Assembly (NCBI GenBank): GCA_964479005.1
Contig: CAYZJA010000001.1
Coordinates: 1-64,000 of the forward strand
Origin: an uncultured Candidatus Saccharibacteria bacterium
GTDB taxonomy: Bacteria; Patescibacteriota; Minisyncoccia; UBA6257
Direction: 5' to 3'
Length of the DNA stretch: 64,000 nt
The notes below the pieces were generated by a model, which did not search any database, was not told the DNA's origin, and saw only the letters and a program-made list of their open reading frames with translations. Position numbers and translations under genes: made by a program. This document shows positions 35,706 through 47,427 of this stretch, one piece after another. Each line of letters begins with the position of its first letter. Position 1 is the first letter of the stretch.

Positions 35706-38700
35706 ATGTCTAATCAACTGACAATAAAATCTTTTTCCCGTCATTCCCGGGGCATTTTAGAGCCTCCACGATTAACCCAATTTCAAACTGATTCTTTTCA
35801 GTGGTTTTTAGAAAAAGGAATACGGGAGGTTTTTAAAGAATTATTACCAATTGGGGATTATACAGGCAAAGATTTAGAATTGGCTTTTGGAGATTATTAT
35901 TTTGAACCTCCAAAAATATCTGAGATTAAAGCCAAAGAAAAAGGGTTAAATTATGAATCTACAATTCGTGTAAAGCTGCGTTTAATTCATAAAAAGACAG
36001 GTGTTGAGAGAGAACAAGAAGTATATTTTGGTGAAATTCCCGTTATGACTCCACGGGGGACTTTTATTATTAATGGTGTAGAAAAAGTTGTTATTTCGCA
36101 AATCAATCGTTCTCCAGGAGTATATTTTTCTTCTGTGAATTTTAGAGGACGAAGGCTATTTGGAGCAAAACTTATCCCTTATCATGGGGCCTGGTTAGAA
36201 TTTGAGACTGATAATGATGGGGTTATTAGCGTAAAAATAGACAGGAAAAGAAAAGTGCCAATAAGCGCTTTACTTAGGATTTTTGGCTTAAAGACAAATG
36301 ATGATATAAAAAAAGCGTTTAAAATTAAAAAAGAAAAATCTTCTATTGAATATATTGAAAGCACTTTAAAGAAAGATTTGTCTACTAATCAAGAAGAAGG
36401 TTATGTTGAAATTTATCGCCACTTACGACCCGGGGAATTAGCCACTTTTGATAATGCTTATGATTTAATTAATAATATGTTTTTCCGATCTGATAGATAT
36501 GATTTAGCTAAAGTTGGAAGGTATAAATTTAATCAACGGCTTGAGCTTGATACCTCTTTTGATGAAAGAAGTTTAAAATTAGATGATCTTGTAGCGATTG
36601 TTAAAGAAATTATCAGATTAAATGATGACCCAGAGGCTATTGATGATGACATTGATCATTTAGGAAATAGGAGAGTAAAAGCGGTTGGGGAAATTTTAAC
36701 AGAAAGATTTAGGGTTGGATTGATGCGTATGCGTCGGACAATACAAGATAGAATGGCGACTTTAGATCCTGAAACATTAGTCCCTGCCCAATTAATAAAT
36801 CCTCGACAATTAGTAGCTGTGCTGCGGGAATTTTTTAATGTTTCCCAGCTTTGCCAGTTTATGGAACAAATGAATATGCTTTCAGAATTAGAGCATAAAA
36901 GAAAAATTACTTGTATGGGTCCAGGTGGATTAGTAAGAGAAAGAGCGGGATTGGAAGTTAGGGATATTCATACCAGCCATTACGGACGTTTGTGTCCTAT
37001 TCAGACTCCTGAAGGGCAGAATATCGGTTTGGTTCTTTCCCTGTCTCTTTATGCGCGATTAAATGAGTTTGGTTTTATTGAAACACCTTATATCAAAGTA
37101 AAAAAAGCCAGGCTTACTAATGAAATAATCTGGCTCAACGCTTTTGACGAATTAAAATATAAGATTGCTCATGGCACTGTTAATGTTGATGAAAATGGAA
37201 GGATGAAAGAAGAATTAATAGGGGCAAGGGTTAAAGGGGAGCCAACTTTAATTCACAACAAAGAAATTGAATTAATTGATGTGTCTTGCCAGCAAATTAT
37301 CTCTGTTGCTGTTAGTTTAATACCATTCTTAGAGCATGATGAATCTAATAGAGCGTTAATGGGAGCGAATATGCAAAGACAGGCTGTTCCTTGTTTAAGG
37401 CCAAAAGCTCCGTTGGTTGGTACTGGAATGGAGGAAAAGATTGCTTTTGAGTCGGGCCAGTGCCTGATTAGCGATATTGAGGGAAAAGTTATTGAAGTGG
37501 ACGCAAATCATATTGTTGTAAAGACAAAGGATAAGAAAAATAGAACTTACGAATTAATTAATTTTGGCCGCAGCAATAAAAATAGTTGGTTGATGCAAAA
37601 ACCTGTTGTAAACAAAGGGGATGTTGTAAAGGAAGGAACTTTATTGGCAGATGGAGCAGCTACGGAAAACGGGGTTTTAGCTTTAGGGCAAAATTTATTG
37701 GTTGCTTTTATGCCATTTTTTGGAGCTAATTATGAAGATGCAATTGTTATTTCAGAACGAGTTTTAAAAAATGATTATTTTACCTCTGTTTATTTAGAAG
37801 AGTTTACTTGTGATGTAGTGGAAACTAAGTTAGGTCAGGAAAGCACCACTCGTGATATACCTAATGTTTCCGAAAATAAATTAAAGAACTTAGATGAGGA
37901 TGGAGTAATAATGATAGGAGCTGAGGTAAAAGGGGGGGATATTTTAGTTGGGAAAATTTCACCGAAAGGAAAAGCGGAATTAACTCCAGAAGAAAGATTG
38001 CTACAAGCTATTTTTGGAGAGCAGATGAAGGATATAAAAGATACATCTTTAACTCTTCAGCCATCTCGACAAGGCAGAGTTGTTAAAACAAAAATTCTTT
38101 CCCGTAAAGAAGGGGATAAATTAAATGTTGGCGTTATAAAAAGTATAAGCGTGGAAATTGCAGAGCTAAGAAAAACTATGGCAGGAGATAAATTATCTGG
38201 ACGGCACGGAAATAAAGGCGTTATTTCTGTTATTGTTCCTGAAGAAGATATGCCTTATTTAGAAGATGGAACTCCAATTGATGTGGTTTTAAATCCTTTG
38301 GGAATCGGCAGCCGAATGAATTTAGGGCAGGTTTTTGAAAATCATTTAGGTTTAGCAGCTCAAAAATTAGGATATAGAGCTGTTACTCCGTCTTTAGATG
38401 GTGCCACTGAGGAAGATGTAAAAAAAGAACTTGTAAAAGCCGGATTGCCAGAAGATGGAAAAATTGCTTTATATAATGGCAAAACTGGCGAGAAATTTCA
38501 TAAAGACGTAGCAGTAGGCATAATATATATAATGAAATTAGAGCATATGGTAAAGGACAAAGTTCATATGAGAGCAATTGGTCCATATTCTTTAATTACC
38601 CAGCAACCTTTAGGCGGTCGAGCTCATCTTGGAGGTCAGAGATTCGGTGAAATGGAAGTTTGGGCATTAGAAGGATATGGCGCCGCATACTCACTTCAGG

Positions 38701-38894
38701 AAATGATAACAATAAAATCTGATGATATATTTGGAAGGGGGTCAGCTTACGAAGCTATAATTACCGGGGAAAAAATTAAAAACCCAAATATCCCCGCCGC
38801 TTTTAACGTAATTCTCAAAGAATTGCAATCATTATCTTTATCAGTAAATTTGATTGGAGTAAAAAAAGAAGAAGAAACAAATAACGATAGATAG
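35706..38894 (+). CDS. rpoB: DNA-directed RNA polymerase subunit beta
   Basis: Canonical beta-subunit motifs throughout, e.g. NMQRQAVP and GGQRFGEMEVWALEAYGA. Confidence 0.97.
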   Translation: MSNQLTIKSFSRHSRGILEPPRLTQFQTDSFQWFLEKGIREVFKELLPIGDYTGKDLELAFGDYYFEPPKISEIKAKEKGLNYESTIRVKLRLIHKKTGVEREQEVYFGEIPVMTPRGTFIINGVEKVVISQINRSPGVYFSSVNFRGRRLFGAKLIPYHGAWLEFETDNDGVISVKIDRKRKVPISALLRIFGLKTNDDIKKAFKIKKEKSSIEYIESTLKKDLSTNQEEGYVEIYRHLRPGELATFDNAYDLINNMFFRSDRYDLAKVGRYKFNQRLELDTSFDERSLKLDDLVAIVKEIIRLNDDPEAIDDDIDHLGNRRVKAVGEILTERFRVGLMRMRRTIQDRMATLDPETLVPAQLINPRQLVAVLREFFNVSQLCQFMEQMNMLSELEHKRKITCMGPGGLVRERAGLEVRDIHTSHYGRLCPIQTPEGQNIGLVLSLSLYARLNEFGFIETPYIKVKKARLTNEIIWLNAFDELKYKIAHGTVNVDENGRMKEELIGARVKGEPTLIHNKEIELIDVSCQQIISVAVSLIPFLEHDESNRALMGANMQRQAVPCLRPKAPLVGTGMEEKIAFESGQCLISDIEGKVIEVDANHIVVKTKDKKNRTYELINFGRSNKNSWLMQKPVVNKGDVVKEGTLLADGAATENGVLALGQNLLVAFMPFFGANYEDAIVISERVLKNDYFTSVYLEEFTCDVVETKLGQESTTRDIPNVSENKLKNLDEDGVIMIGAEVKGGDILVGKISPKGKAELTPEERLLQAIFGEQMKDIKDTSLTLQPSRQGRVVKTKILSRKEGDKLNVGVIKSISVEIAELRKTMAGDKLSGRHGNKGVISVIVPEEDMPYLEDGTPIDVVLNPLGIGSRMNLGQVFENHLGLAAQKLGYRAVTPSLDGATEEDVKKELVKAGLPEDGKIALYNGKTGEKFHKDVAVGIIYIMKLEHMVKDKVHMRAIGPYSLITQQPLGGRAHLGGQRFGEMEVWALEGYGAAYSLQEMITIKSDDIFGRGSAYEAIITGEKIKNPNIPAAFNVILKELQSLSLSVNLIGVKKEEETNNDR

Positions 38895-38915
38895 TAATTA
38901 GTAATTAAGTAGTTT

Positions 38916-41900
38916 ATGATAAAAGACACAGAAAAAAAGGTTAGTGATTTTGAAGCGCTTGGTTTAAAAATTGCCTCTCCAGAGGAGATTTTATCTTGGT
39001 CATATATAGAAGGGAATAAGTCATACGGAGAAATTACTAAAGCTGAGACAATTAACTATCGGACTCAAAAGCCGGAAAAAGAAGGCCTCTTTTCTGAGCA
39101 GATTTTTGGACCTGTAAAAGATTATGAATGTCCTTGCGGAAAATATAAAGGCGCTCACTACAAAGGGATTATTTGCGATCGTTGCGGAGTAGAAATAACC
39201 CGTTCTTTTATTCGCAGAGAAAGGATGGGTCATATTAAATTAGCTACTCCAGTAGTTCATATTTGGTTTTTACGTAGCATTCCTTCACGAATTGCTTTGG
39301 CGCTTGATGTTCCAATGGCCGCTTTAGAAAGAGTCATTTATTACAATAGCTATATTGTAGCTTCTATAGATGAAGCCGCAAAAAAAAGAGCTTTAGATGA
39401 AATAGAATCTGAATACAAGATTAAATCAAAAACATGGCCCAAAGATAAGAAAAAAGATTTAACAAAATCCCGCAGTCAAGCGCGAATGGGATTAGATATG
39501 ATAAAGCCAAAAGCTATTTTTTCTGAAATTGATTATTTAAACCTTTCAAAAAAATATGGTGAAGTTTTCACAGCAGAAACAGGAAGTGAGCCAGTGAGAA
39601 AATTCTTGGAGCAGATAGACCTTAAAAAATTAGTTAGTGAGTTAGAAAAAGAAATTGAGAAAAAATCGCACTTAAAAAATGTTGATAAAAAACTTCTTAA
39701 TCGTCTTAAATTAGCGAAAGGGTTTTTACACTCAAAGGCGCGCCCAGAGTGGATGTTTTTAACTATACTCCCCGTACTTCCTCCTGATTTGCGTCCAATG
39801 GTTGAGTTGGATGGAGGAAAATTTGCTACATCAGATTTAAATGACCTTTATCGCCGTGTTATTAATCGTAATAATCGTTTAAAAAAATTATTAGAGCTTA
39901 GAGCACCTGAAGTTATTATAAAAAATGAAAAGAGAATGCTGCAGGAAGCAGTAGACGCTTTAATTGATAATTCTATAAGAAAAGGTTCTGGCGCTACACC
40001 TATGCATTCAGCTCAACATCGTCCGTTGCGTTCTTTAGCTGATATCTTACAAGGCAAGCAAGGGCGTTTCCGTCAGAATCTTTTAGGAAAAAGAGTGGAT
40101 TATTCAGGCCGTTCAGTAATTGTTATTGGTCCTGAACTAAAAATTCACGAATGTGGATTGCCAAAAAAAATGGCTTTGGAATTATTTAAACCATTCGTAG
40201 CTGGGGAGTTAATAAAAAGAGAAATTGTTTTTAATCCTCGCGCCGCAAACCATTTAATTGAAGAGGGGTCTGACGTTATATGGGAAATTTTAGAAAATAT
40301 AGTAAAAAATAAATACGTTCTTTTAAATAGGGCTCCTACGCTTCATCGTTTAAGCATTGAAGCTTTTCGTCCAAAATTAATCGAAGGATTAGCTATTCAA
40401 ATTCCTGCAATGGTTTGCCCTCCTTTTAATGCTGATTTTGATGGAGATCAAATGGCAGTGCATGTTCCTTTATCTGAGGAAGCTCAGAGGGAGAGTGAAA
40501 ATAGAATGTTATCAACCTTAGGATTATTAAAGCCGTCTAATGGAGAACCTGCTATGTTGCCTCGACATGAAATGGTCGCAGGTATTTATTGGTTAACAAT
40601 GGATATGACGGAGAAAGAGGTTAAAGGCGATGATTTAAAAGAAAAAATCTTTTCTGATTCAAATGATGCGTTATTAACTTATGAATATAAAAAGATCGGA
40701 CTTCAAGAAAGAATTAAGGTCCGTATTTTAAAAGAAAACAATAAATTGATTAGTACTACTGTAGGAAGAATTATTTTTAACGAGATTTTACCAGAAGACT
40801 TTCCGTTTATAAACAAACAATTGAAGAGCAAGGACATAAAAGGTATTACTAAGGATATAATCCATTATTTTAATGATTTTCATAAAAGCGCCGAAATTCT
40901 AAATAATATAAAGAAGTTAGGTTTTTATTATTCTACTTTATCAGGCGTGTCATGGGGGCTTACTGATATAAAAGTTCCTGTAAAGAAAAAAGAGATTTTG
41001 GATGAGGCATCTGCAAAAGTTGAAGAGATTACCATTCAATATGAAGAAGGGCTTTTAACTGCGCAGGAAAAGAAGATTTTAACAGAGACACAATGGAGGC
41101 ATGCCGTTGATCAAATATCAGGATTAGTTTTAAAGACTTTAGACCCGAAAGATTCAGTTTATATATTTTTTAATTCAGGGGCAAAAGGAAATTGGGCAGT
41201 GGCCGCGCAAATTATGGGTATGAAGGGATTAGTGGTTAATCCTCTTGGGCAGTTGATAGAAATGCCTATTTTATCTTGTCATCAGGAAGGGTTTAATGTT
41301 CTGGAATATTTTGCCGCTTCACATGGCGGAAGAAAAGGATTGGCTGATACTGCTTTAAAGACCTCTTTTGCAGGCTATCTCACCAGAAGATTAGTGGATG
41401 TTGCTCAAGATGTTCTTATTAGGGAAAAAGATTGCCGAACAAAAAAGGGCTTGATTGTTAATAGAAAAAAGGTTGAAGAACAAAATGAAGATTTATCAAA
41501 GAAGATTTTTGGAAGAATTTTGAGTGATAATGCTGTTGATAAAAAAGGCAAAATTATAGCTAAAAGGGGAGAATTAATGGATGAAATATTAACTAAAAAA
41601 ATAGTAGATTCTTCAGTTGGAGAAATATTAGTTCGTTCTCCAATCACTTGCGAAAGCTTAAATGGAATTTGCCAGAAGTGTTATGGGCTTGATTTAGCAT
41701 GGAGAAAACTTATTGATTTAGGAGAAGCAGTTGGTGTTGTAGCTGCTCAATCTATAGGAGAACCAGGTACCCAGTTAACTTTAAGGACATTTCATACAGG
41801 TGGAGTAGCTCAAGCCGTTGATATTACTCAAGGGTTGCCAAGAGTAGAAGAAATTTTTGAAGCCAGGATACCTAAAGGTGAGGCGCCTATGAGCGAAGTA

Positions 41901-42524
41901 GATGGAGAGATTATTGAAATAAAAAAAATAAATCATCAAAAATTTATCAGGATAAAACCAAATGACAAAAAATCTCGTGTACTTGAATATGTTATATCTG
42001 AAACAGTAACTTTATGGGTTAAAAATGGAGAAGAAGTCAAAAAAGGCGATCAGCTTTGCGAAGGGCATCTTAATCTTAAAAAACTTTTTAGGATTTTGGG
42101 CAAAAATGCTTGTCAGGAATATATATTGGCGGAAATAAAGAAAGTATATGATATTGCGGGCGAGAATATTAATAATAAGCATTTTGAGATAATCATTAAA
42201 CAAATGTTCTCTCAATTAAAAATTACACATAGTGGTGATAGTGAGTTTATTCCAGGTGAAGTGATATCTAAAAAATCTTTTCAAGAAGAAGTAGATAGAT
42301 TGAAAAGTTTAAAGAAAGAAGCGCCTAAGGGAAGCGAAATACTTATGGGAATTAAAAATGTTGCGTTGAATTCTGACAGCTTACTTTCAGCTGCGTCCTT
42401 CCAAGAAACATCAAGAGTATTAATCAGAGCTGCTGTTGAAGGAAAAAAAGATTATCTGAAAGGCCTTAAAGAAAATGTTATTATTGGCAGGTTGATTCCT
42501 GCTGGGACAGGGTTTAGGGAATAA
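38916..42524 (+). CDS. rpoC: DNA-directed RNA polymerase subunit beta'
   Basis: Zn-binding CxxC...CxxC; catalytic NADFDGDQM. Confidence 0.97.
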   Translation: MIKDTEKKVSDFEALGLKIASPEEILSWSYIEGNKSYGEITKAETINYRTQKPEKEGLFSEQIFGPVKDYECPCGKYKGAHYKGIICDRCGVEITRSFIRRERMGHIKLATPVVHIWFLRSIPSRIALALDVPMAALERVIYYNSYIVASIDEAAKKRALDEIESEYKIKSKTWPKDKKKDLTKSRSQARMGLDMIKPKAIFSEIDYLNLSKKYGEVFTAETGSEPVRKFLEQIDLKKLVSELEKEIEKKSHLKNVDKKLLNRLKLAKGFLHSKARPEWMFLTILPVLPPDLRPMVELDGGKFATSDLNDLYRRVINRNNRLKKLLELRAPEVIIKNEKRMLQEAVDALIDNSIRKGSGATPMHSAQHRPLRSLADILQGKQGRFRQNLLGKRVDYSGRSVIVIGPELKIHECGLPKKMALELFKPFVAGELIKREIVFNPRAANHLIEEGSDVIWEILENIVKNKYVLLNRAPTLHRLSIEAFRPKLIEGLAIQIPAMVCPPFNADFDGDQMAVHVPLSEEAQRESENRMLSTLGLLKPSNGEPAMLPRHEMVAGIYWLTMDMTEKEVKGDDLKEKIFSDSNDALLTYEYKKIGLQERIKVRILKENNKLISTTVGRIIFNEILPEDFPFINKQLKSKDIKGITKDIIHYFNDFHKSAEILNNIKKLGFYYSTLSGVSWGLTDIKVPVKKKEILDEASAKVEEITIQYEEGLLTAQEKKILTETQWRHAVDQISGLVLKTLDPKDSVYIFFNSGAKGNWAVAAQIMGMKGLVVNPLGQLIEMPILSCHQEGFNVLEYFAASHGGRKGLADTALKTSFAGYLTRRLVDVAQDVLIREKDCRTKKGLIVNRKKVEEQNEDLSKKIFGRILSDNAVDKKGKIIAKRGELMDEILTKKIVDSSVGEILVRSPITCESLNGICQKCYGLDLAWRKLIDLGEAVGVVAAQSIGEPGTQLTLRTFHTGGVAQAVDITQGLPRVEEIFEARIPKGEAPMSEVDGEIIEIKKINHQKFIRIKPNDKKSRVLEYVISETVTLWVKNGEEVKKGDQLCEGHLNLKKLFRILGKNACQEYILAEIKKVYDIAGENINNKHFEIIIKQMFSQLKITHSGDSEFIPGEVISKKSFQEEVDRLKSLKKEAPKGSEILMGIKNVALNSDSLLSAASFQETSRVLIRAAVEGKKDYLKGLKENVIIGRLIPAGTGFRE

Positions 42525-42547
42525 TTTTTAATATTTAATTTATTATT

Positions 42548-45181
42548 GTGCCTTTAGGAAGATTTACAGCAAAAGCTCAAGCGGCGATAGAAAGGGCTCA
42601 GCAAATGGCTATGGAAAGAAACCAGGGAGAGATGCGCGCTCTCCATCTTTTGTATGTTTTGTTGGACGAAGAAGGGTCTGGCCCAAGGGAGATTTTAGAA
42701 AAAGAATTAAAAATTAATGTAGAAAAATTCTTAAAGAAGATATTAGAGGAAATTGTTAAATTACCGCGCATCTTTTCTGTTGGCAAGGGTTTTGGTCCAA
42801 TGTATCTTTCTCAGGAAATGTTGCAAATTATAGAAGTTACCGCTAAAAAAGCGATGGAGGAAAAAAATGAATTTATTTCCCCAGAATATTTATTTTATGG
42901 CATACTTGCTTCTAAAAATTCTGCGCAGGAATTAATAAGCGAATTTAATATTAGCAAGGAAGAGTTTTTAAAAGCTCTTCATCATTATACAGCTGGTGAA
43001 AAAATTACTGATGAATTTCAAGAAGTTGGCGCTAATGCTATAGAAAAATATACCCAAGATCTTACTGAATTAGCAAGAGAGAATAAATTGGACCCAGTGA
43101 TAGAAAGGGAGGAAGAATTACGGCGAGTTATGCAGATATTGTCACGCAGGACAAAAAATAACCCAATATTAATGGGTGAAGCAGGTGTAGGAAAAACCGC
43201 TATTGTAGAAGGATTGGCTCAACGTATTGCTTCTTCCGAAGTTCCGGAAAGTTTAATTGATAAAAAAATTATATCATTAGATTTAGGGGCATTAATAGCC
43301 GGGACCCGTTTTAGAGGGGAGTTTGAAGAACGATTAAAAAATCTTCTTAAAGAAATAAAAAAGGCCGGTAATATTATAATTTTCATTGACGAAATTCATA
43401 CATTGGTAGGAGCAGGAGCGGCTGAAGGAGCTATTGACGCTTCTAATTTATTAAAACCCGCATTAGCCAGAGGTGAATTGCGGGCTATTGGAGCGGCAAC
43501 TTTTAAAGATTATCGTGAATATATTGAAAAAGACCCGGCTTTAGAAAGACGTTTTCAGCCAGTATTAGTAGAAGAACCTTCAATTGAAGAAGCAATTGAG
43601 ATTTTACGGGGATTAAAATCAAAATATGAAGCTCATCATGGATTAAAGATATCTGATCAAGCAATTATAATGGGAGTACAATTATCCAGCCGTTATATTA
43701 CCTCCCGTTTTTTGCCTGATAAAGCCATAGATTTAATGGATGAAGCCGCTTCATCAATGAGCTTGGATATTGGTAGCATTCCTTTGCCCATCTCTGAATT
43801 AGAAGCCAAAATAAAATCTCTGGAACTGCAAAAAGAGGCAAGCAAAAAGGAAATACGGGAAGGTAAAAAAATAACGCAAGATAGAAGAAGAATCGGAAAC
43901 GAGTTGAAGAAATTAAAACAAAAATATAATAAGATAAAAAGTAAATGGCAGAAGGAAAAAGAAATATTTAACGAAGTGAGCGCCATTAAAAAAGAAATAG
44001 AGGAATTAGAAAAAAATTCGCAAGAATTTGAGAGGACTGGGCAATTAGATAAAGTTGCGGAAATAATTTATGGTAAAATTCCCCAATTAAAAAAAACATT
44101 AAGATTCAATGGAAAGTCTTTGAGTAAAATTTCCGAAGAAGAAAGGTTTTTAAAAGATGAGGTAACAGCTGAAGATATCGCCCGCGTAGTTTCCCGATGG
44201 ACTGGAATTCCTGTAACAAGAATGCTTGAAGAGGAAAGCAAAAAATTAGTGAGAATGGAGAAAGACTTAAGCAAAAGAGTTGTGGGGCAAAAAGAGGCTA
44301 TTTTTGCGGTAAGCAGGGCTATTAGAAGAGCCCGCGCAGGAATATCAGAAGAAGACAGACCCATAGGTTCTTTTATGTTTTTGGGGCCAACTGGAGTGGG
44401 AAAAACAGAGCTTGCTAGGGCTTTGGCAGAATTTATGTTTTCTAATGAAAAAGCAATGATTCGTATAGATATGTCCGAGTATATGGAAAAACATAGTGTT
44501 GCCCGTTTAATTGGTTCTCCTCCTGGATATGTTGGTTATGAAGAAGGGGGGCAATTAACAGAAGCAATAAAACATCGCCCATATAGCCTGATTTTGTTTG
44601 ATGAAATAGAAAAGGCCAATCCAGAGGTATTTAATATTCTTCTTCAAATATTAGATAATGGCCGTCTTACTGACGGTAAGGGTCGGGCAGTGAATTTTAA
44701 AAACACAATTATTATTATGACCTCTAACTTGGGCGGGGAATATTTACAGGAAATGGTTTCTTTGGGATTTGTTGCGAATAAAAAGAATAAGGTGGAACAA
44801 CAGAAAGAGGAATTAAAAAATAAAATTCATGATGCTTTAAGGGAAAAATTCCGTCCAGAATTTCTTAATCGTGTTGATGAAATTGTCATTTTTAATACTT
44901 TAAGCATTCGGAGCATAGAAAAAATTGTGGATTTGCAAATAAATATAATTAATCATCGGTTAGTTGATAAGAAGATTGCTTTAAAATTAAGCAAAGAGGC
45001 AAAGAAATATTTAGCTCAAAAAGGTTATAATCCTAATTATGGCGCACGACCGTTAAAAAGACTTATTGAAAAAGAAGTCCTTGATCCTTTAGCTGATGAA
45101 ATTATCAAAGGCAAAATAAAAGAAGGAAACAAAATTACCGTTTCTTTCAAGAAAAATACTCTGAATTTATGCAAAAAATAA
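42548..45181 (+). CDS. clpB: Chaperone ClpB (Hsp100 disaggregase) with middle coiled-coil domain
   Basis: Clp_N repeats. D1 GEAGVGKT / IIFIDEIH. M-domain coiled coil. D2 GPTGVGKT / [10 protein letters not shown]. Confidence 0.9.
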   Translation: MPLGRFTAKAQAAIERAQQMAMERNQGEMRALHLLYVLLDEEGSGPREILEKELKINVEKFLKKILEEIVKLPRIFSVGKGFGPMYLSQEMLQIIEVTAKKAMEEKNEFISPEYLFYGILASKNSAQELISEFNISKEEFLKALHHYTAGEKITDEFQEVGANAIEKYTQDLTELARENKLDPVIEREEELRRVMQILSRRTKNNPILMGEAGVGKTAIVEGLAQRIASSEVPESLIDKKIISLDLGALIAGTRFRGEFEERLKNLLKEIKKAGNIIIFIDEIHTLVGAGAAEGAIDASNLLKPALARGELRAIGAATFKDYREYIEKDPALERRFQPVLVEEPSIEEAIEILRGLKSKYEAHHGLKISDQAIIMGVQLSSRYITSRFLPDKAIDLMDEAASSMSLDIGSIPLPISELEAKIKSLELQKEASKKEIREGKKITQDRRRIGNELKKLKQKYNKIKSKWQKEKEIFNEVSAIKKEIEELEKNSQEFERTGQLDKVAEIIYGKIPQLKKTLRFNGKSLSKISEEERFLKDEVTAEDIARVVSRWTGIPVTRMLEEESKKLVRMEKDLSKRVVGQKEAIFAVSRAIRRARAGISEEDRPIGSFMFLGPTGVGKTELARALAEFMFSNEKAMIRIDMSEYMEKHSVARLIGSPPGYVGYEEGGQLTEAIKHRPYSLILFDEIEKANPEVFNILLQILDNGRLTDGKGRAVNFKNTIIIMTSNLGGEYLQEMVSLGFVANKKNKVEQQKEELKNKIHDALREKFRPEFLNRVDEIVIFNTLSIRSIEKIVDLQINIINHRLVDKKIALKLSKEAKKYLAQKGYNPNYGARPLKRLIEKEVLDPLADEIIKGKIKEGNKITVSFKKNTLNLCKK

Positions 45182-45816
45182 AAGATTTTTTTTCTTTTAT
45201 CGGAATTAGAAAGTTTCTCTTTTTTTTGTTCTACGGCTTTTGTCTGATTGGTAGCATCCTTTTTTCTTTATCTTTTTTTCAGTCTATTTTTATATGTTTT
45301 TTGCTAATTTTTCTATGGAAAGCGTTTTTAGGCCTTTCCTGGTTTAATTTTATCTTTCTTCTTTTAGCTTCTCTCGAAGTCAATATTTTAGTCTTTTTTG
45401 TAAAACCTTTGTGGGCTATTGGTTTTGTTTTAATATTTCTGGGTCTTTTTTGGAAGAAATTGTTTTTTCCTCTACCTAGAGAAAAGTATTGGCAGGAACT
45501 TTTATTTTATTATCTTTTTTTATTTTGGATAATTATTTCCTACGGCCTTTATTTTTTTCTTAATTATCCTTTTTGGATTGGGTTTTTAATTTATGCTTTA
45601 GGGCTAATAGGTTTTTCCTATTTTTATTTTTTTTCCACTGACACCTTGCGCTCAGATTTTCTACCGTCATTTTTGGTTTTGATTCTTGTGAATTTGGAAT
45701 TTTTCTTGCTTCTAAGTTATCTTTCCCTGAGTACTTTGGCATTAGGAGTACTTAGCATTTTAATTTTCCGTTTTGTTATTTATCTCTTCCAATATGATTG
45801 GGAAAAGTTTTTCTAA
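45169..45816 (+). CDS. Hypothetical polytopic membrane protein (Phe/Leu-rich)
   Basis: ORF with about 6 hydrophobic segments. Low-complexity codon usage in AT-rich DNA, so it may be spurious. Confidence 0.35.
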   Translation: MQKIKDFFSFIGIRKFLFFLFYGFCLIGSILFSLSFFQSIFICFLLIFLWKAFLGLSWFNFIFLLLASLEVNILVFFVKPLWAIGFVLIFLGLFWKKLFFPLPREKYWQELLFYYLFLFWIIISYGLYFFLNYPFWIGFLIYALGLIGFSYFYFFSTDTLRSDFLPSFLVLILVNLEFFLLLSYLSLSTLALGVLSILIFRFVIYLFQYDWEKFF

Positions 45817-46305
45817 AACCTTATTTTCTTGCAGAGTGAAATTTTTGAGAACCAATTTATCGGCTTTTTCCCTTTTTTTGGAAGAAGGCCTGATGCCTAT
45901 TCTTATTCTATAAAAAGTTTTTGATTTGAGGTAATTAATAATAGATTTAATACCATTGTGTCCTGCTGATCCGCGATCATAGCTTATTTTAAAATCTCCT
46001 AAGCTTATATCAGCGTCATCTTGCGCAATGAATATATTTTTTAGCGGTACGTTATAAAATTTTTTAAGCTGGACCACGCTTTTTCCTGAATTATTCATAA
46101 ATATCAGTGGTTTGGCTAAGATAATCTTTTTATCTTTTTTTTCAACGTAGCTTATTTCAGCAAAGCATCTTTTATTCTTTTCCCAGCCAGAACCACGCCA
46201 CTCTTTTTCTAAAAACATGACAAAATCAGAACCGATATTATGTCGGTTTTTTTCATATTTTTTATCAGGATTTCCTAAGCCAATGAGAAGATAGTTTTTA
46301 TTCAT
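45760..46305 (-). CDS. pth: Peptidyl-tRNA hydrolase
   Basis: LLIGLGNPDKKYEKNRHNIGSDFV... canonical Pth. Confidence 0.9.
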   Translation of the reverse strand: MNKNYLLIGLGNPDKKYEKNRHNIGSDFVMFLEKEWRGSGWEKNKRCFAEISYVEKKDKKIILAKPLIFMNNSGKSVVQLKKFYNVPLKNIFIAQDDADISLGDFKISYDRGSAGHNGIKSIINYLKSKTFYRIRIGIRPSSKKREKADKLVLKNFTLQENKVLEKLFPIILEEINNKTEN

Positions 46306-47308
46306 AAATTTTTTCCTTAATATAATTATTTATTTCTTCATAATTTTCAAATCCTTTGGCTGGTATAAGAATATAAATATCCTTGTCAGCCCAATTGTCA
46401 TATATTGTAGATGTCATTAATAGTTCATCAGGGGGTTTGTTTGTTATGCTGAGATATTGGATTTGGCTGGATGATATATCCTTCACAACAGGGAATATTT
46501 GCCATATTGTATTAAAATCCAGGTTAGTGATAACATGCCCGCTTAAAGACTGCCAAATCTTTAACCAAGTAATTAAATTCCAAATGTCAGCTAATTTAGT
46601 AAGTTTATCTTTTAATGCGGCAATTATTTGTTGTTGATGCTCAATTCTATAGAAATCGCCATTAGGGGCATAACGTGTGCGAATAAATTTTATAACTAAT
46701 GCTCCGTCTAAATGGCGCCAGCCAGCAGAAAGATGAAAAATTTCCGAAGGATTATGGGGATTTACTAAACTTGGATCTATTATATCTTTTTCCAGCCAAA
46801 TATCTATTCCTCCCAAAGCGTCAATTAACTTTTCAAATCCTTTTAAATCAAGAATAACAATATAATTCATAGGCAATCCTGTTATGTCCTCTATTTTTTC
46901 TTTTATTAATTCATAAGAGTCTGCTTTTGAGAATCTTTTTCCTTTGTTTTCTAATTCATAAAGGGAATTAATTTTAACGCCAGTAGAGCCACTTGGAATT
47001 TTTACCCATAAATCTCGGGGCAGGGAAATCATTGAGATTTGTTTTTTAGATGGAATAATACTCGCGACGAAAATAGTGTCGGTAAGAAAAGCGCCTCGCG
47101 ATTCTTCTCCTGCTATTCCTAAAAAGAGGATATTAATTGGTGAATTTTCTGGTTTTGGAAATTCTTCTTTTGAGAAGGCGTTGGAATCATTATTATAAGA
47201 AAAAGAGTATTTTTTTGAATCATTTAATCCATAAAATAAAAAGAACAGAAATATAATTCCGCCAATAATTAACCCCAATACGATGGTTTTTTTGTTAATT
47301 AACGTCAT
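46298..47308 (-). CDS. LytR-CpsA-Psr (LCP) family cell-wall glycopolymer transferase
   Basis: N-terminal TM anchor and the LCP core NILFLGIAGEESRGAFLTDTIFVASI...SLPRDLWVKIP. Confidence 0.8.
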   Translation of the reverse strand: MTLINKKTIVLGLIIGGIIFLFFLFYGLNDSKKYSFSYNNDSNAFSKEEFPKPENSPINILFLGIAGEESRGAFLTDTIFVASIIPSKKQISMISLPRDLWVKIPSGSTGVKINSLYELENKGKRFSKADSYELIKEKIEDITGLPMNYIVILDLKGFEKLIDALGGIDIWLEKDIIDPSLVNPHNPSEIFHLSAGWRHLDGALVIKFIRTRYAPNGDFYRIEHQQQIIAALKDKLTKLADIWNLITWLKIWQSLSGHVITNLDFNTIWQIFPVVKDISSSQIQYLSITNKPPDELLMTSTIYDNWADKDIYILIPAKGFENYEEINNYIKEKIYE

Positions 47309-47389
47309 GCTTTCTATAATCTAACATATTTGCTTTGATGGTTCAATTATGGTATTATCAGCAATAGTTTTTACTAATTATGAGCCAAA

Positions 47390-47427
47390 GGCGAATAACA
47401 AGGTTCTTGTAAACGAGGTTCTTATAT
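47390..47427 (+). promoter_or_regulatory. GGCGAATAACAAGGTTCTTG + AAACGAGGTTCTTATAT motif copy abutting the lepB start codon
   Basis: Third locus of the GYGAR-AAGGTTCT family. The GAGG within it is positioned like an SD, 10 nt before the ATG. Confidence 0.5.

Noticed and set aside
45169-45816. Phe-rich membrane ORF after clpB as a confident gene
   Set aside because: Not fully rejected (listed at low confidence). Its composition is what AT-rich, T-rich DNA yields by chance in a hydrophobic frame, and it overlaps both clpB and the convergent pth 3' end.
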